A stretch of 64,000 bases of DNA from a virus. The DNA lies in the IMG/VR virus record IMGVR_UViG_3300044845_000779, positions 4,261-68,260 of that record; one strand, 5' to 3'. Below the pieces are notes generated by a model. That model had not been told where the DNA came from. It saw nothing but the letters and a program-made list of their open reading frames with translations, and searched no databases. Positions 47,983 through 57,129 of this stretch are shown here, in pieces. The stretch's first letter is position 1; every line of letters starts with the position of its first letter. The position numbers and the translations under genes are program-made.

Positions 47983-48471
47983 TCAGTTGTCGAACGCGAA
48001 CACCACGCGATAGGCATCGAGTGGGTGCGCGTCATCGGGACGTTCTTCGCGGTCGAACATAAAAGGCAAAGGGCCCAACAGACCTGCAGCTTCTTCAACG
48101 TCCATCTCTTCGCCGCGCAATGCGCGCTTGACTGCAGCAACGCGATCGTCGATTCCTCGCCACTTGTTCACAAACGTCATCGCGGACATGTAGCTGTGCG
48201 AGTGAAGATCGCTGTATCCAAGCCGAAGTCGGGCCATAGGGCTTGCGTCCTCAGGCATGCCCAAGGGCTCTGGGCCGTCACCGCGCACGCCTGCGAGGCT
48301 TGCGAAAAACGCGTAGTTCCGGTTAGTGACTTTCCAGAACATGGTTTCGCGCGATGACACATGCGTTGTCCGATCCAATGCAACTGTCGGAAACGCCGAG
48401 TAGCTGTTGATACCCATCCATTGCCCGTCGTCGAGCTGGTACTCGAGCACTACGTGAATATCGCAGCCCAT
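47983..48471 (-). CDS. Conserved phage protein (MGCDIH type)
   Basis: MGCDIH...RNYAFFASLAGVR...HSHSY...RVVFAFDN; GGAGG RBS. Confidence 0.8.
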   Translation of the reverse strand: MGCDIHVVLEYQLDDGQWMGINSYSAFPTVALDRTTHVSSRETMFWKVTNRNYAFFASLAGVRGDGPEPLGMPEDASPMARLRLGYSDLHSHSYMSAMTFVNKWRGIDDRVAAVKRALRGEEMDVEEAAGLLGPLPFMFDREERPDDAHPLDAYRVVFAFDN

Positions 48472-48514
48472 TTTTCCTCCGAATTTATAGTGTTGGGTTC
48501 CCAGCAGTCGCGGT

Positions 48515-49129
48515 TCAGACCGCATCTTTGAGCATCGTGGCCTTGATCAGACTCGTCTTCATCTCGCTGTTGAAGATCTCAGACAAGTCTTGCTTTACCG
48601 TCTGCGTGGCTTCTCGCCGGCTGTAGACCTTGTGAAACCGTTCGCGAATGTCGTCGGGTACGAGATCGAGAACCGTGGGCCAGAGCTCGTGCACCTGCTG
48701 CAAGCTGGTAGCGGCTTCAAGCAACTTTTGCACTTTGCGCTGCAGTTCATCGCGTTCGGAAAAGAGCGCGTCGCGTTTAAGGCCGAACTCTTTGAGCGCC
48801 GCCACGCACGGAATATCAGTGCGCTTTTCCAAGTCCGACCAGCGCCCGTGTGAAAGCCAGTCCAATGGGACCGCTTGGCGGTGAAACTTTATGGTGCTGT
48901 AAAAGCCAAACAAGTTTATGTTCAGCTCGTTTCTGCGGTTCAAAAACCCGGGCGGGACTTGATTCAAGATTTGTTTGGTAGCGGATGAGACAAGTGCATC
49001 GACGATTTGTTGTCCATCAAAAGCGGCCGTAGCCGCTTTTTCGTTTTGGTCAATGCGCAGAGTAAAAAGCTCGTAGGCTTTGCTTTTGATGTGCTGTCGC
49101 AGGGCGCCAGTGAGTTTGACGTAGGCCAT
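48515..49129 (-). CDS. Nmad5-like protein
   Basis: N-terminal KLT..LR..I and C-terminal LLEAATSLQQVHELWP pattern. Confidence 0.55.
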   Translation of the reverse strand: MAYVKLTGALRQHIKSKAYELFTLRIDQNEKAATAAFDGQQIVDALVSSATKQILNQVPPGFLNRRNELNINLFGFYSTIKFHRQAVPLDWLSHGRWSDLEKRTDIPCVAALKEFGLKRDALFSERDELQRKVQKLLEAATSLQQVHELWPTVLDLVPDDIRERFHKVYSRREATQTVKQDLSEIFNSEMKTSLIKATMLKDAV

Positions 49130-49196
49130 ATGAGATTGATGTCCTTTTCGTGGTGAGTGACGAGAGAGTAAGACAGTAAGAGACTGGGGTCAAAAG

Positions 49197-50216
49197 TCAA
49201 AGCATGACGTCAGCGTGCTTATTGGCCCAGGCGTCAAAGGCGTTGAGACTTGTGATGCTGGGCGTGCGAGCCAGGCATTCCTTGACGCACATGACGTTGA
49301 ACTCGGTCGGAATCCGATCGAGGTACTGCGTGATGCGCTCGAAGTTGTCTTCAGTAGCACGCGCAGCCAGTGCGCTGGAAGTGGCGTACAGCGTGGAGGG
49401 TTCCTCGGGCACGTTGGCTTTCTTGGGATCGATCAAGAGCGCGTCGATGTTGGGCATGGAGCGCGAGTGTTTGCGAAAGCCTGCAAAGAGCGCACCGACC
49501 GATTCGCCGACTGCCGAGGCGTACATGTCGTACTCGATGTGAGCCGGCAGGTTTGAGCTGATGAGGCGGTTCAGGTAGGAATAGGTGCGCGGCGTGGCAA
49601 AGCCAAGCGCGTCCTTGAGCTTGCCAGCGTTGTCTTTGCCACGCGCGCCGTCGGTGTCCAGCTCGTTGAGCAAGTGCGGGTGCTGGCGAACGAAGCCGAT
49701 GATGTCGGAGTGGATGCCGTTTGTGTAGCACCACTGGCAGAAGTCGTCGAGGTGAACCTCGTACTCCAGATGCAGGAAGCGGTTGCGAAGCGGCGCCGGC
49801 ATGGCGGTGATCGTTGCGCGGTCCTGCACGCGGTTGCCAGCTGCGCCGATGCGCCAGGCGTCGGGCAGTACATAGTCACCCAGGCGGCGGTCGAGAATGA
49901 GCTGATAGGCCGCAGCCATGGTGCGCGCGTCACCGGCGTTGATCTCGTCCAAGAACAAGATGCCGGCCGAGCCGTCGTCCACAGGCAAGAAGCTCGGAGC
50001 GTTGAAGTAGGTGGTCTGCTGCTCGACGGTGGGCACACCGCGCAGGTCGACCGCGTCGAGCTGGCTGATGCGCACGTCGATGAGCTTCATCTTGTTGCGT
50101 TCGGCGGCTTGGCGCACGTTGTCGGACTTGCCCACACCGGGCGGGCCCCAGATCATGAAGGGCAGGTTGGCATTGATGGCGACGTCAAGAGCGTCAGCGA
50201 TTTCGGCAGGGCGCAT
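49197..50216 (-). CDS. MoxR-type AAA+ ATPase
   Basis: GPPGVGKS, LFLDEIN, AAGN, PLRNRF, ATPR. Confidence 0.92.
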   Translation of the reverse strand: MRPAEIADALDVAINANLPFMIWGPPGVGKSDNVRQAAERNKMKLIDVRISQLDAVDLRGVPTVEQQTTYFNAPSFLPVDDGSAGILFLDEINAGDARTMAAAYQLILDRRLGDYVLPDAWRIGAAGNRVQDRATITAMPAPLRNRFLHLEYEVHLDDFCQWCYTNGIHSDIIGFVRQHPHLLNELDTDGARGKDNAGKLKDALGFATPRTYSYLNRLISSNLPAHIEYDMYASAVGESVGALFAGFRKHSRSMPNIDALLIDPKKANVPEEPSTLYATSSALAARATEDNFERITQYLDRIPTEFNVMCVKECLARTPSITSLNAFDAWANKHADVML

Positions 50217-50261
50217 GGTTCAGATTCCAATGGTTGAGGTGGTTGAAGCAGTTGGGGGGGA

Positions 50262-50450
50262 TTAAGTGGGTGAGGTGGGTGAAGTGGGTGAAGTGGTTGA
50301 GGTGGATTGCGCATCGAGGTCAATGCGGGGTGCAGAGCCCGAATCCGGCATGGGCATGGGCATGGTGGAGCGGCGCATCAGAAAGAGCGAACGTGCCGAC
50401 TGCGCGATGGACAGGCCTGCGGCCAGGCTTACAAGGATGTTGATGAACAT
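50262..50450 (-). CDS. Small protein with N-terminal TM and tandem-repeat tail
   Basis: AAGGA RBS; 6-bp (PMPMP) and 9-bp (TSP) tandem repeats. Confidence 0.4.
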   Translation of the reverse strand: MFINILVSLAAGLSIAQSARSLFLMRRSTMPMPMPDSGSAPRIDLDAQSTSTTSPTSPTSPT

Positions 50451-50794
50451 GAGGGGTCCTTATCAATGAAGTGCATCATCTGAGAGTTCACTGCGTTGTT
50501 AATCATGCGTTGCAGGGTCTTGTACTGAGCCATATGCAGGCTCGAAATGATTGCCTGGTCGCCGATGTAAAACTCGGTGACGTTGATTGATCCGTTGTTT
50601 GATGCGTTGCTTGCACCAGGTTGCGATGTGTTGGCCACACCCACAATCAAGCAAAGCCCCACGACCAGTTCAGGGTCGATCTTGTTGAGGGTTTCGAGCG
50701 TGTGGGCAAAAGCCGCTGCGGGCGGCATGTTTTTGTCGTTGATGTCGCCTTCGTTGTTTGGTTCGGAAGAAGGTGAATCGGGGGTGTCAGTCAT
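50429..50794 (-). CDS. Hypothetical protein
   Basis: AAGGAG RBS; ATGA coupling. Confidence 0.55.
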   Translation of the reverse strand: MTDTPDSPSSEPNNEGDINDKNMPPAAAFAHTLETLNKIDPELVVGLCLIVGVANTSQPGASNASNNGSINVTEFYIGDQAIISSLHMAQYKTLQRMINNAVNSQMMHFIDKDPSCSSTSL

Positions 50795-50934
50795 AGGTCT
50801 CCTTGATGACAAAACGGTGCGGGTTCGAACGGCGCTGGTTCAGGCGCAGGTTCGGGTTTGGGTTTGCGCCAGCGAACTGGTTTTTTGAGCCGCCCGAACG
50901 GCCAGGTCGGGTCGTCTTTGAACGGCCAGGTCAT
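50791..50934 (-). CDS. Small WPF-motif protein (47 aa)
   Basis: MTWPFKDDPTWPFG...; coupled overlaps. Confidence 0.45.
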   Translation of the reverse strand: MTWPFKDDPTWPFGRLKKPVRWRKPKPEPAPEPAPFEPAPFCHQGDL

Positions 50935-51016
50935 TCGGGGCACACCCATGTAGCCACGCGCAGCAGTTGTGAGGCGTAGCGAATAAGCAGCCACGTGATG
51001 CGGCGGCGAATGTGGA

Positions 51017-51559
51017 TCACGGTTTGACCCCGAAGTTGAAAGCAATGAGCTGGCAAAATAGGCGGTACTGCGCAAGCGCCTCGGCGTTCCAAGCGTGAGT
51101 CTTTTCGATGATTTCGGAAAACTCGTGCACGGTGCCGCTGAAGCATCCGCAGTTAACCCGTACACCGATCTTTGAGTCGATGTGTGCGGTCGTGAACCGA
51201 CCGGATGATTTGGCGGGGCCCAAGATCAAGTAGTCGGATGCGGACTTGATGACTGCATCCCCACCGATAACGGCATTGCTATCGATACAGGCGCCACCAG
51301 ACACTCGGGCGTTTCCCTCTATGCGGGCAAAACCCCTTACACGAGCGAAGTCACATACCTGAGCGGTATCGGTGACGTAAGCGTTGCCATACACCCACGC
51401 GCCCCCATATACCTTGGCGTCACCGGAAACCACAGCTCTTCCAAAAACATTGGCGTGGCCGTATATGTAGGCTCGGCCTTTTGCTATTGCGTTACCAAAT
51501 ACGGTCGCATTCTTGGCTACTCGGGCTTTGTCTAAGATGTTTGCTGCGGGCTGTACCAT
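51017..51559 (-). CDS. Left-handed beta-helix (hexapeptide repeat) protein
   Basis: Repeated V(Y/F/S)G(N/D)A hexapeptides; VNCGCFSGT C-terminus. Confidence 0.85.
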   Translation of the reverse strand: MVQPAANILDKARVAKNATVFGNAIAKGRAYIYGHANVFGRAVVSGDAKVYGGAWVYGNAYVTDTAQVCDFARVRGFARIEGNARVSGGACIDSNAVIGGDAVIKSASDYLILGPAKSSGRFTTAHIDSKIGVRVNCGCFSGTVHEFSEIIEKTHAWNAEALAQYRLFCQLIAFNFGVKP

Positions 51560-51577
51560 TTGAGACTCCTTGTCGTT

Positions 51578-53935
51578 TTATTTGAGGTCTTTCTGCGCTT
51601 GGGCGAGCCACCCTGACTGGTCCGGGTCGCTCAGATTCCAGCTAGGCTCGATTTCGATGCCGGTGACTTTCTTGTTCTGGCTGCTCGACCAGATAGCTTT
51701 CAGGCGCAGCTTGTGGTGGCCGAGGTACTTGGTGAACTTGTTGGGTGCGACCGGGATGTTCTCGCCGACCAGGTATCTGAATAGCGTGTGCAGGTCGTCG
51801 CGCGAGATCTTTGTGACGCCGTCGATCACGAATGAGCGGATCAGGTCTCGATAAGCCAGAGTGAGCGCGTCGCGTGCGTTGACGGTGAAGGTGTTGTTCG
51901 ATACCACCGGTGCGTTGGTGGGTAGCTGCTCGACAAACCATTCCAGGTTGCCGCGCATCAGAGCTTGGGAAACCTCGTCCGCGGCTTGCGTGGAAGTGTC
52001 GATCAGGTCTTGCCGCGCGCGTGTGTGCAGGGCAGTCCGGGCGCGGGTCTCGTCTACGACGAGAGTCATCCAATAGCGGTACAGGTCGGGGACTTCCGCA
52101 TCGAGCGTGTCCAACCATTGCTGACTTGGTACAGGCAGTCGTTTGGTCTGGTAGTCGCCCACATTGAACCGTCGGTCGTCACTTGGGACGTCCACCGGGT
52201 CGTGCATGTTGGAGGCGAAGATGAAGTTCGAGTAGTTGCGAACGCGCCGCGACTCGGAGTACATCGCGCGTGAGCTGATGTTGGGCTCGACCATGATGTT
52301 CTTGATCTTGGCCATGAGCATGCCGCCCTTGCGCGCGCTCGAGGTCTGGATCTCGTCCACGAAGACGATGAAGCGGTTTTCCATGTCAGCGGTGAAGTTT
52401 TCTTCGAGCTGCTCCATGCGCTTGACGGTCATCAGGTTTTCGAAGATCGGCAGCAGCACGCGGTTAACCAGCAGGCCTTTGCCTGTGCCCTGCACGCCGT
52501 GCCAGACCCATCCGGTGTAGGTGAGCTCGAGCCGTTGGCAGATGTAAGCCATCCAGTTGTGGAAGTGCTCGACGATCTCGGGCGTGTCGCCCAGCACGTT
52601 GGTGATGAGTTCTTGGCAGGTGGGTGGGGGCTCGTCGACTTGTACATAGTCCATCAACATGATTTTGGAAGGCGAGAAGGTGTTCACCACCCCGGTCTTG
52701 AAGTTGATGCGTGCGGGCTCATGCGGCATGAACTCCATGCGCATGTCAGGCACTGCATCGTTGAGCTCCAGGCCATAGCGTTTAGCGAAGTCCATGACCT
52801 GCGCGCGGCTGTTGGTGCGCTTGAGGTCGAGCTCGTCGACTGCTTCGTCGTAGTAGCCGGTGAAGTAGCTCGAGGTGTTGAAGTCGCGAAAGGCGAGGTA
52901 GATCTTCTGGCTGTCAACGGCAGCGGTCTGTTGCAGCGAGCGGTAGTAGTCGGGTAGCAGCTCTTCGGTGCGGTAGTTGGGCTCGGATTTGAAGTTGAAG
53001 ATGAACTCGGCGTTGTCCACTGGGTGGTAGTAGGCCCAGGAGTCGCCGTCGTTCAGGTTCAGGTACACGAATCCACGTTCTTCTTTGATGCCGGAGACGT
53101 ACGCGTCGTCAGGCTTGTGCAGGTATTCCACGCCGGCCTTGATCTTGTACAGGCTTGCCCGGCGCTTGGGCACGTTGGCGGCCACGCGCAGCTCGTTCAC
53201 GCGTGCGTCGATCAGTGGGCGCAGGGTGAGCGCGCTGGGTACGGCCGGCGGCAGGGTGAAGGTCTCGGCTTGTTTTTGTACGTACGCGATGCGCACACCG
53301 GCGTACGGGTCGGTGATGTTGGTAAGCACCGGTGGGGCGATGTAGATCAGTTTGTCGTTTTGGCACACCGAGACGTCCACCGGCCAGGTGGGTGAGTTCA
53401 GGGTTTTGGTGAGCGTCATGGCTGCGCGCAGGATGGGCGTGGCCAGGTTGAGGTTTTGCAGGTAGAGCTTGAGCTTGGCCGGCACTGTGGGCGTGTCCAG
53501 CAGGCAGAAGATGTGGGCCCGAAGCCCGGACTTGGTCGGGTCGATGCCGGCAGAGGCTGACCACTGCAAGACGTACGAGAGGTATCCCAGGCCGATTGCG
53601 GCCATGAAGTCGTCAGGGCTTGAGAAGGGTGCACCGTCCAGGTCGAACACCAGCAGGCAAGTCGGGGCGTTGGGGTCAGTTGAGCCTGCCCGTGATTCGT
53701 CGTGCAGGGCGCGCGAGGGGTTGCCTTTGAGCAGGCACATGCCGGCGTTGCCTGCGGCGGTCAGCGCCTTGGCCAGGTCGGGCAAGGTGGCGACAGTCAC
53801 GGTGGTGCTGGTGAAGGCCCAAGCACGGGGGTAGGAGGTCGAGGTCAGGGCGCCGGTTGCAGCGTCGCGTGTGAAGGACTTGGAAAGCGGGCCGTCGGAT
53901 GAGGCGAGGAAGGTCAGTTCCATGATTGGACCCAA
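51578..53935 (-). CDS. Primase-helicase (prim-pol-like N-terminus, D5/DUF5906-like ATPase)
   Basis: LVFDLDG, SAS, LRAHIF; HGVQGTGKG, FVDEI, FIFASN, DDRRF. Confidence 0.88.
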   Translation of the reverse strand: MGPIMELTFLASSDGPLSKSFTRDAATGALTSTSYPRAWAFTSTTVTVATLPDLAKALTAAGNAGMCLLKGNPSRALHDESRAGSTDPNAPTCLLVFDLDGAPFSSPDDFMAAIGLGYLSYVLQWSASAGIDPTKSGLRAHIFCLLDTPTVPAKLKLYLQNLNLATPILRAAMTLTKTLNSPTWPVDVSVCQNDKLIYIAPPVLTNITDPYAGVRIAYVQKQAETFTLPPAVPSALTLRPLIDARVNELRVAANVPKRRASLYKIKAGVEYLHKPDDAYVSGIKEERGFVYLNLNDGDSWAYYHPVDNAEFIFNFKSEPNYRTEELLPDYYRSLQQTAAVDSQKIYLAFRDFNTSSYFTGYYDEAVDELDLKRTNSRAQVMDFAKRYGLELNDAVPDMRMEFMPHEPARINFKTGVVNTFSPSKIMLMDYVQVDEPPPTCQELITNVLGDTPEIVEHFHNWMAYICQRLELTYTGWVWHGVQGTGKGLLVNRVLLPIFENLMTVKRMEQLEENFTADMENRFIVFVDEIQTSSARKGGMLMAKIKNIMVEPNISSRAMYSESRRVRNYSNFIFASNMHDPVDVPSDDRRFNVGDYQTKRLPVPSQQWLDTLDAEVPDLYRYWMTLVVDETRARTALHTRARQDLIDTSTQAADEVSQALMRGNLEWFVEQLPTNAPVVSNNTFTVNARDALTLAYRDLIRSFVIDGVTKISRDDLHTLFRYLVGENIPVAPNKFTKYLGHHKLRLKAIWSSSQNKKVTGIEIEPSWNLSDPDQSGWLAQAQKDLK

Positions 53936-54262
53936 GGTTGGGGATCAGAGTGTAAGACAGATTGACAGACTGAAAAGCGAGCAAACGTCGCAAGTTTGTG
54001 TCAGTCGAAGGCAGTACGAGGGCAGGGCAGGCGGACAGGCGAGCAGGCGGCTCATCCGAAAGGATTAAAATTCATTCCGGTTTTGCAAAAGTGGAAGGAA
54101 AGTCGAAGGCTTGAAAGCCCCTAGGCAAGCCACTCTTCGACTTCTTCTACTTATTAGGGCATGCATATATATGTATTAATGAGTGTTAGGGGGGTAACAT
54201 TTCAAACTTAGAGCTTTTGGAAATCGGTCCGAAGGGTCGAAGTGGAAGGAAGTCACTGCCCG
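53936..54262. other. Putative replication origin
   Basis: Non-coding next to the primase gene; AT-rich core (54160-54180) flanked by direct and inverted AAGTGGAAGGAAGTC-like repeats. Confidence 0.55.
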
Positions 54263-54967
54263 TCACTGCCCGTCCCTGGCCTGCACCGGCTCAGCCACCG
54301 GCTCGGCCTGCTTTGCGGTCTTTTCTCTTGCAACTTCCCACGCTAGCTTTGCAAGCGGCTTGGCGTCCATTTGCCCTGCCGCGAATGCACTATGAAAACC
54401 GTGGTTATCCCACCAATCTTCAAACGATTGAAAGTGCCACGCCACCGGCTCGGCCTGCTGGAGTGCGGCGCGGAGTGCGGTGATCGTCGCGTCCTGAATC
54501 TTTAGCACGGACATCAATCGCTCGACCTCGCCGCCCATCGGCTCGGCCACCGGCTCAACCACCGGCTCGGCCTGCTGGGGTGCGGTTGTTGAGTAGAGAG
54601 GTAGCCAATAGGTAGCGTCCCAATCAGACCCTTTGGGGCTGTTAGTTTCTCGTCGCAATAGCCCTGTCTCTTTGTGCATCCACGCCACCGGCTCGGCCTG
54701 CTCTTTGTAAATGCTCGCCGGGTCAATTCGCTTGTCGCCTTGCATAATCCCAAGGCCCAACGCGAGTACGTCCTCAAATGTTTGAACCACCGGCTCGGCA
54801 ATCCGATTCTCAATCTCTCTCCAATACTTCATTGCTGCATCTCGACCCTTGAACCAAGTTTTGACCCGCCAGTCGCCTACCCCGTAAGGGCACACTGCGT
54901 CGCCGTCGCTGGCGCTGCGCTGCCCTTCTTGGTACACGCGCATTCTTTCTGCTGCATCTGGACTCAT
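54263..54967 (-). CDS. Modular QAEPV-repeat protein with N-terminal RMF-like module
   Basis: AGGAG RBS; modules separated by QAEPV; YQEG...CPY...W..G. Confidence 0.7.
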   Translation of the reverse strand: MSPDAAERMRVYQEGQRSASDGDAVCPYGVGDWRVKTWFKGRDAAMKYWREIENRIAEPVVQTFEDVLALGLGIMQGDKRIDPASIYKEQAEPVAWMHKETGLLRRETNSPKGSDWDATYWLPLYSTTAPQQAEPVVEPVAEPMGGEVERLMSVLKIQDATITALRAALQQAEPVAWHFQSFEDWWDNHGFHSAFAAGQMDAKPLAKLAWEVAREKTAKQAEPVAEPVQARDGQ

Positions 54968-55735
54968 TTGTTTTCTCCTTTCACCGGCTCGGCCTGCTCT
55001 TTGTCAACTTTCGGTGCTGACTTTGTCAACGCTTTGTCAACCGGCTCGGGCTGCGGGGGTGGGCGTGTGTAGAGCACACGCTCTTGGTATGGCCCGCCCC
55101 CGTCTTCGTGGTCGGCGTGTCCGTCATACCATTCCGCGCAATGCCGCTTGCGGAACTGCACAACCGGCTCGGCCTGCTGCTTCAGCCAATTAATCTCGAC
55201 GAGACACACATCCAACTTGCTTAGCTCGGCTTCTGCGGCATCAAAAAACGGCTCGGCATCAAGCCAATCCTCCCCTGTCATTGCTAAAGAACAGAAGATC
55301 CGCAGTCGCTCCAGCGCATTGCCAGTGTAAGTCTCGACGTCTTCAGCGATCTCGTTGTAGCGGGTCAGTGCAGACACCGGCTCGGCCTGCTCTTTGTCAA
55401 CTTTCGGTGCTGACTTTGTCAACGCTTTGTCAACCGGCTCGGGCTGCTGCGGATCCACGTAATCCCACACCCAGTCAACCCACGCCACTGGCTCGGCCTG
55501 CTTCCTCTTGCAATAACCGCGACAGTCACACGACTCATGCCCGCACGACACCGGCTCGGCCTGCACCGGCTCGGCCTGCTGGGGTGTGACCAGCCCAAGA
55601 CGTAAAGCCTGCCGCAGAACTTCTTCTACATCACGAGCGCCGATGCCGCGCCAGACCTCGCATTTATCACCAACGCGCTCGGCTACCGTTTGCAGCCTTT
55701 CTTCTGGGAAATTGGCCTGCACCGGCTCGGCCTGT
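54285..55735. repeat. Dispersed 15-bp repeat ACCGGCTCGGCCTGC (9 exact copies plus near-copies) and a 73-bp exact duplication
   Basis: Exact copies start at 54297, 54444, 54561, 54687, 54983, 55163, 55376, 55550, 55565; 54982-55054 equals 55375-55447. Confidence 0.92.
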
Positions 55736-55956
55736 CGCTGGGAAAGAGCGACGACCTGCTTTGGCGCAGCGCGAAGTGCTGCTTCAAGCAAAGGACGAAT
55801 TGGCTCGCGGCATGCCATATCGTCGTGCGCGAGATACGCTGCATTGACCATCTCATCAGTGATTTGCTCGGGCCAGAGCGGTATCGGCGTTGGCCGTTGC
55901 AGCATCCAGTACTCAAGTTCAAGGCATCTGAAGTAGTTCAAACTGTCGGCTCTCAT
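54964..55956 (-). CDS. Modular QAEPV-repeat protein
   Basis: Multiple QAEPV/QPEPV junctions; ATGA coupling; start inferred. Confidence 0.7.
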   Translation of the reverse strand: MRADSLNYFRCLELEYWMLQRPTPIPLWPEQITDEMVNAAYLAHDDMACREPIRPLLEAALRAAPKQVVALSQRQAEPVQANFPEERLQTVAERVGDKCEVWRGIGARDVEEVLRQALRLGLVTPQQAEPVQAEPVSCGHESCDCRGYCKRKQAEPVAWVDWVWDYVDPQQPEPVDKALTKSAPKVDKEQAEPVSALTRYNEIAEDVETYTGNALERLRIFCSLAMTGEDWLDAEPFFDAAEAELSKLDVCLVEINWLKQQAEPVVQFRKRHCAEWYDGHADHEDGGGPYQERVLYTRPPPQPEPVDKALTKSAPKVDKEQAEPVKGENK

Positions 55957-56084
55957 TGCGGTATCTCGATAAGTGTGGGTTTGCACTCGCGTTTCACGGC
56001 AAAATCTTCAACAAAATCAGCAGCGACGTAGATCACAAACGCGAACAGCAGCAGAAAATATGAAATGTTGTCGATGATTCTCAT
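55953..56084 (-). CDS. Small membrane protein (43 aa)
   Basis: Translated by eye: MRIIDNISYFLLLFAFVIYVAAD...; ATGA overlaps at both ends. Confidence 0.6.
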   Translation of the reverse strand: MRIIDNISYFLLLFAFVIYVAADFVEDFAVKRECKPTLIEIPQ

Positions 56085-56743
56085 AGCTTAATCACTTGTT
56101 CAGCCTGCTTGGCGTTTCTCTCCCGCAATCTTTCTTCGACCAGCAACGCAACGTCCGCTGCGTATTGCCCGTACGGGGCCAGCTCGTCCATGTCTGCGTT
56201 GTCCAGCCCAACCCACGCCACTGGCTTGTCCTGTTCTTTGTAAACTTCCGGCTGGCTGGTTGTTAACCTATCGGCCACAGGAACAGGCTGTTCCAGTACG
56301 TGTGCAGCCATTGACAGGGCTTCAATGTCGGTGGCGTCCCATTCACCATCAAATTTGGCGATAAGTTGGCGCAGTTGTTGCGCCACCGCTGCCGCTCGCA
56401 GGTCAGTTTGTTGTGGCTTGTTTGCGGCTTCGATTTGGTCGATTCTGGCCGCGGCGCGGATGACGGTTTGAGTGCAGTTATCGCCCCAGGCGAGCCATTG
56501 AAATCTGTTAGTGACGACTGCGCCTACAGCCCAGCCGTTTGTGCTTGGTTTACCCGTAACTGTCATGGTGTGCTTTGCTATCAAACGCTGCGCTTTGAGG
56601 TCATCTGCTTCGTTTTGCTGCCAGCGCGACAGAGCGGTTTCTAGTTTGATAATCATGGCTGTGCGCCCCCCGATGCTTGCGTGGCGCAAGTCGTCTTTGA
56701 TCCACTTCAGCACGTCTAGGGCGGCTTGCTCGAGTTCGGTCAT
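56081..56743 (-). CDS. Modular accessory protein with degenerate PVAW junctions
   Basis: KEQDKPVAW, KQAEQV; ATGA coupling. Confidence 0.6.
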   Translation of the reverse strand: MTELEQAALDVLKWIKDDLRHASIGGRTAMIIKLETALSRWQQNEADDLKAQRLIAKHTMTVTGKPSTNGWAVGAVVTNRFQWLAWGDNCTQTVIRAAARIDQIEAANKPQQTDLRAAAVAQQLRQLIAKFDGEWDATDIEALSMAAHVLEQPVPVADRLTTSQPEVYKEQDKPVAWVGLDNADMDELAPYGQYAADVALLVEERLRERNAKQAEQVIKL

Positions 56744-57129
56744 GCTGGCTCTCCGCTGTCTGTTGATTTCATGGCTGCGCGCGCGATGTCTGAGATCGAT
56801 CGGCGCAAAGCGGTGGCAGTCATCTCGTCCAGTGCGCGGCTGTTGCACTTGCCGGGCCCAGTGGTGCCGTATTCAGCCAGCAGCGCAATTTGCTTGAGTG
56901 CTTGCTCTTGCGCTTCCACAGGCTGCTTGGTGTACACCTTGTCGCCTTTTTTGAGCTCGCTTGATCTGAACCCCACCATGTCACCGATCTTGGTTGTGAT
57001 GGTGTATTCCGCTGTGGTGTGGATGTGCTGGGCCCAGGCGGCCAGTTGTGCGCGCAGCTCATCGCGTTGGGCGAGTACGCATTCAGGCCTTGTGCAGTAA
57101 TAACTGCAGCTGTGAATTGAGGTTGTCAT
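56740..57129 (-). CDS. Hypothetical protein (HSCSYYC..P.C..AQRDELR motif)
   Basis: Cys/His motif; ATGA coupling. Confidence 0.65.
   Translation of the reverse strand: MTTSIHSCSYYCTRPECVLAQRDELRAQLAAWAQHIHTTAEYTITTKIGDMVGFRSSELKKGDKVYTKQPVEAQEQALKQIALLAEYGTTGPGKCNSRALDEMTATALRRSISDIARAAMKSTDSGEPA

Noticed and set aside
50262-50370. Phase-variable simple repeats
   Set aside because: Units are 6 and 9 bp, so they preserve frame, and there are few copies
54285-55735. CRISPR array suggested by dispersed short repeats
   Set aside because: Repeats are only 15 bp, spacing is very uneven, the whole array reads through in frame, and no cas1/cas2 is present
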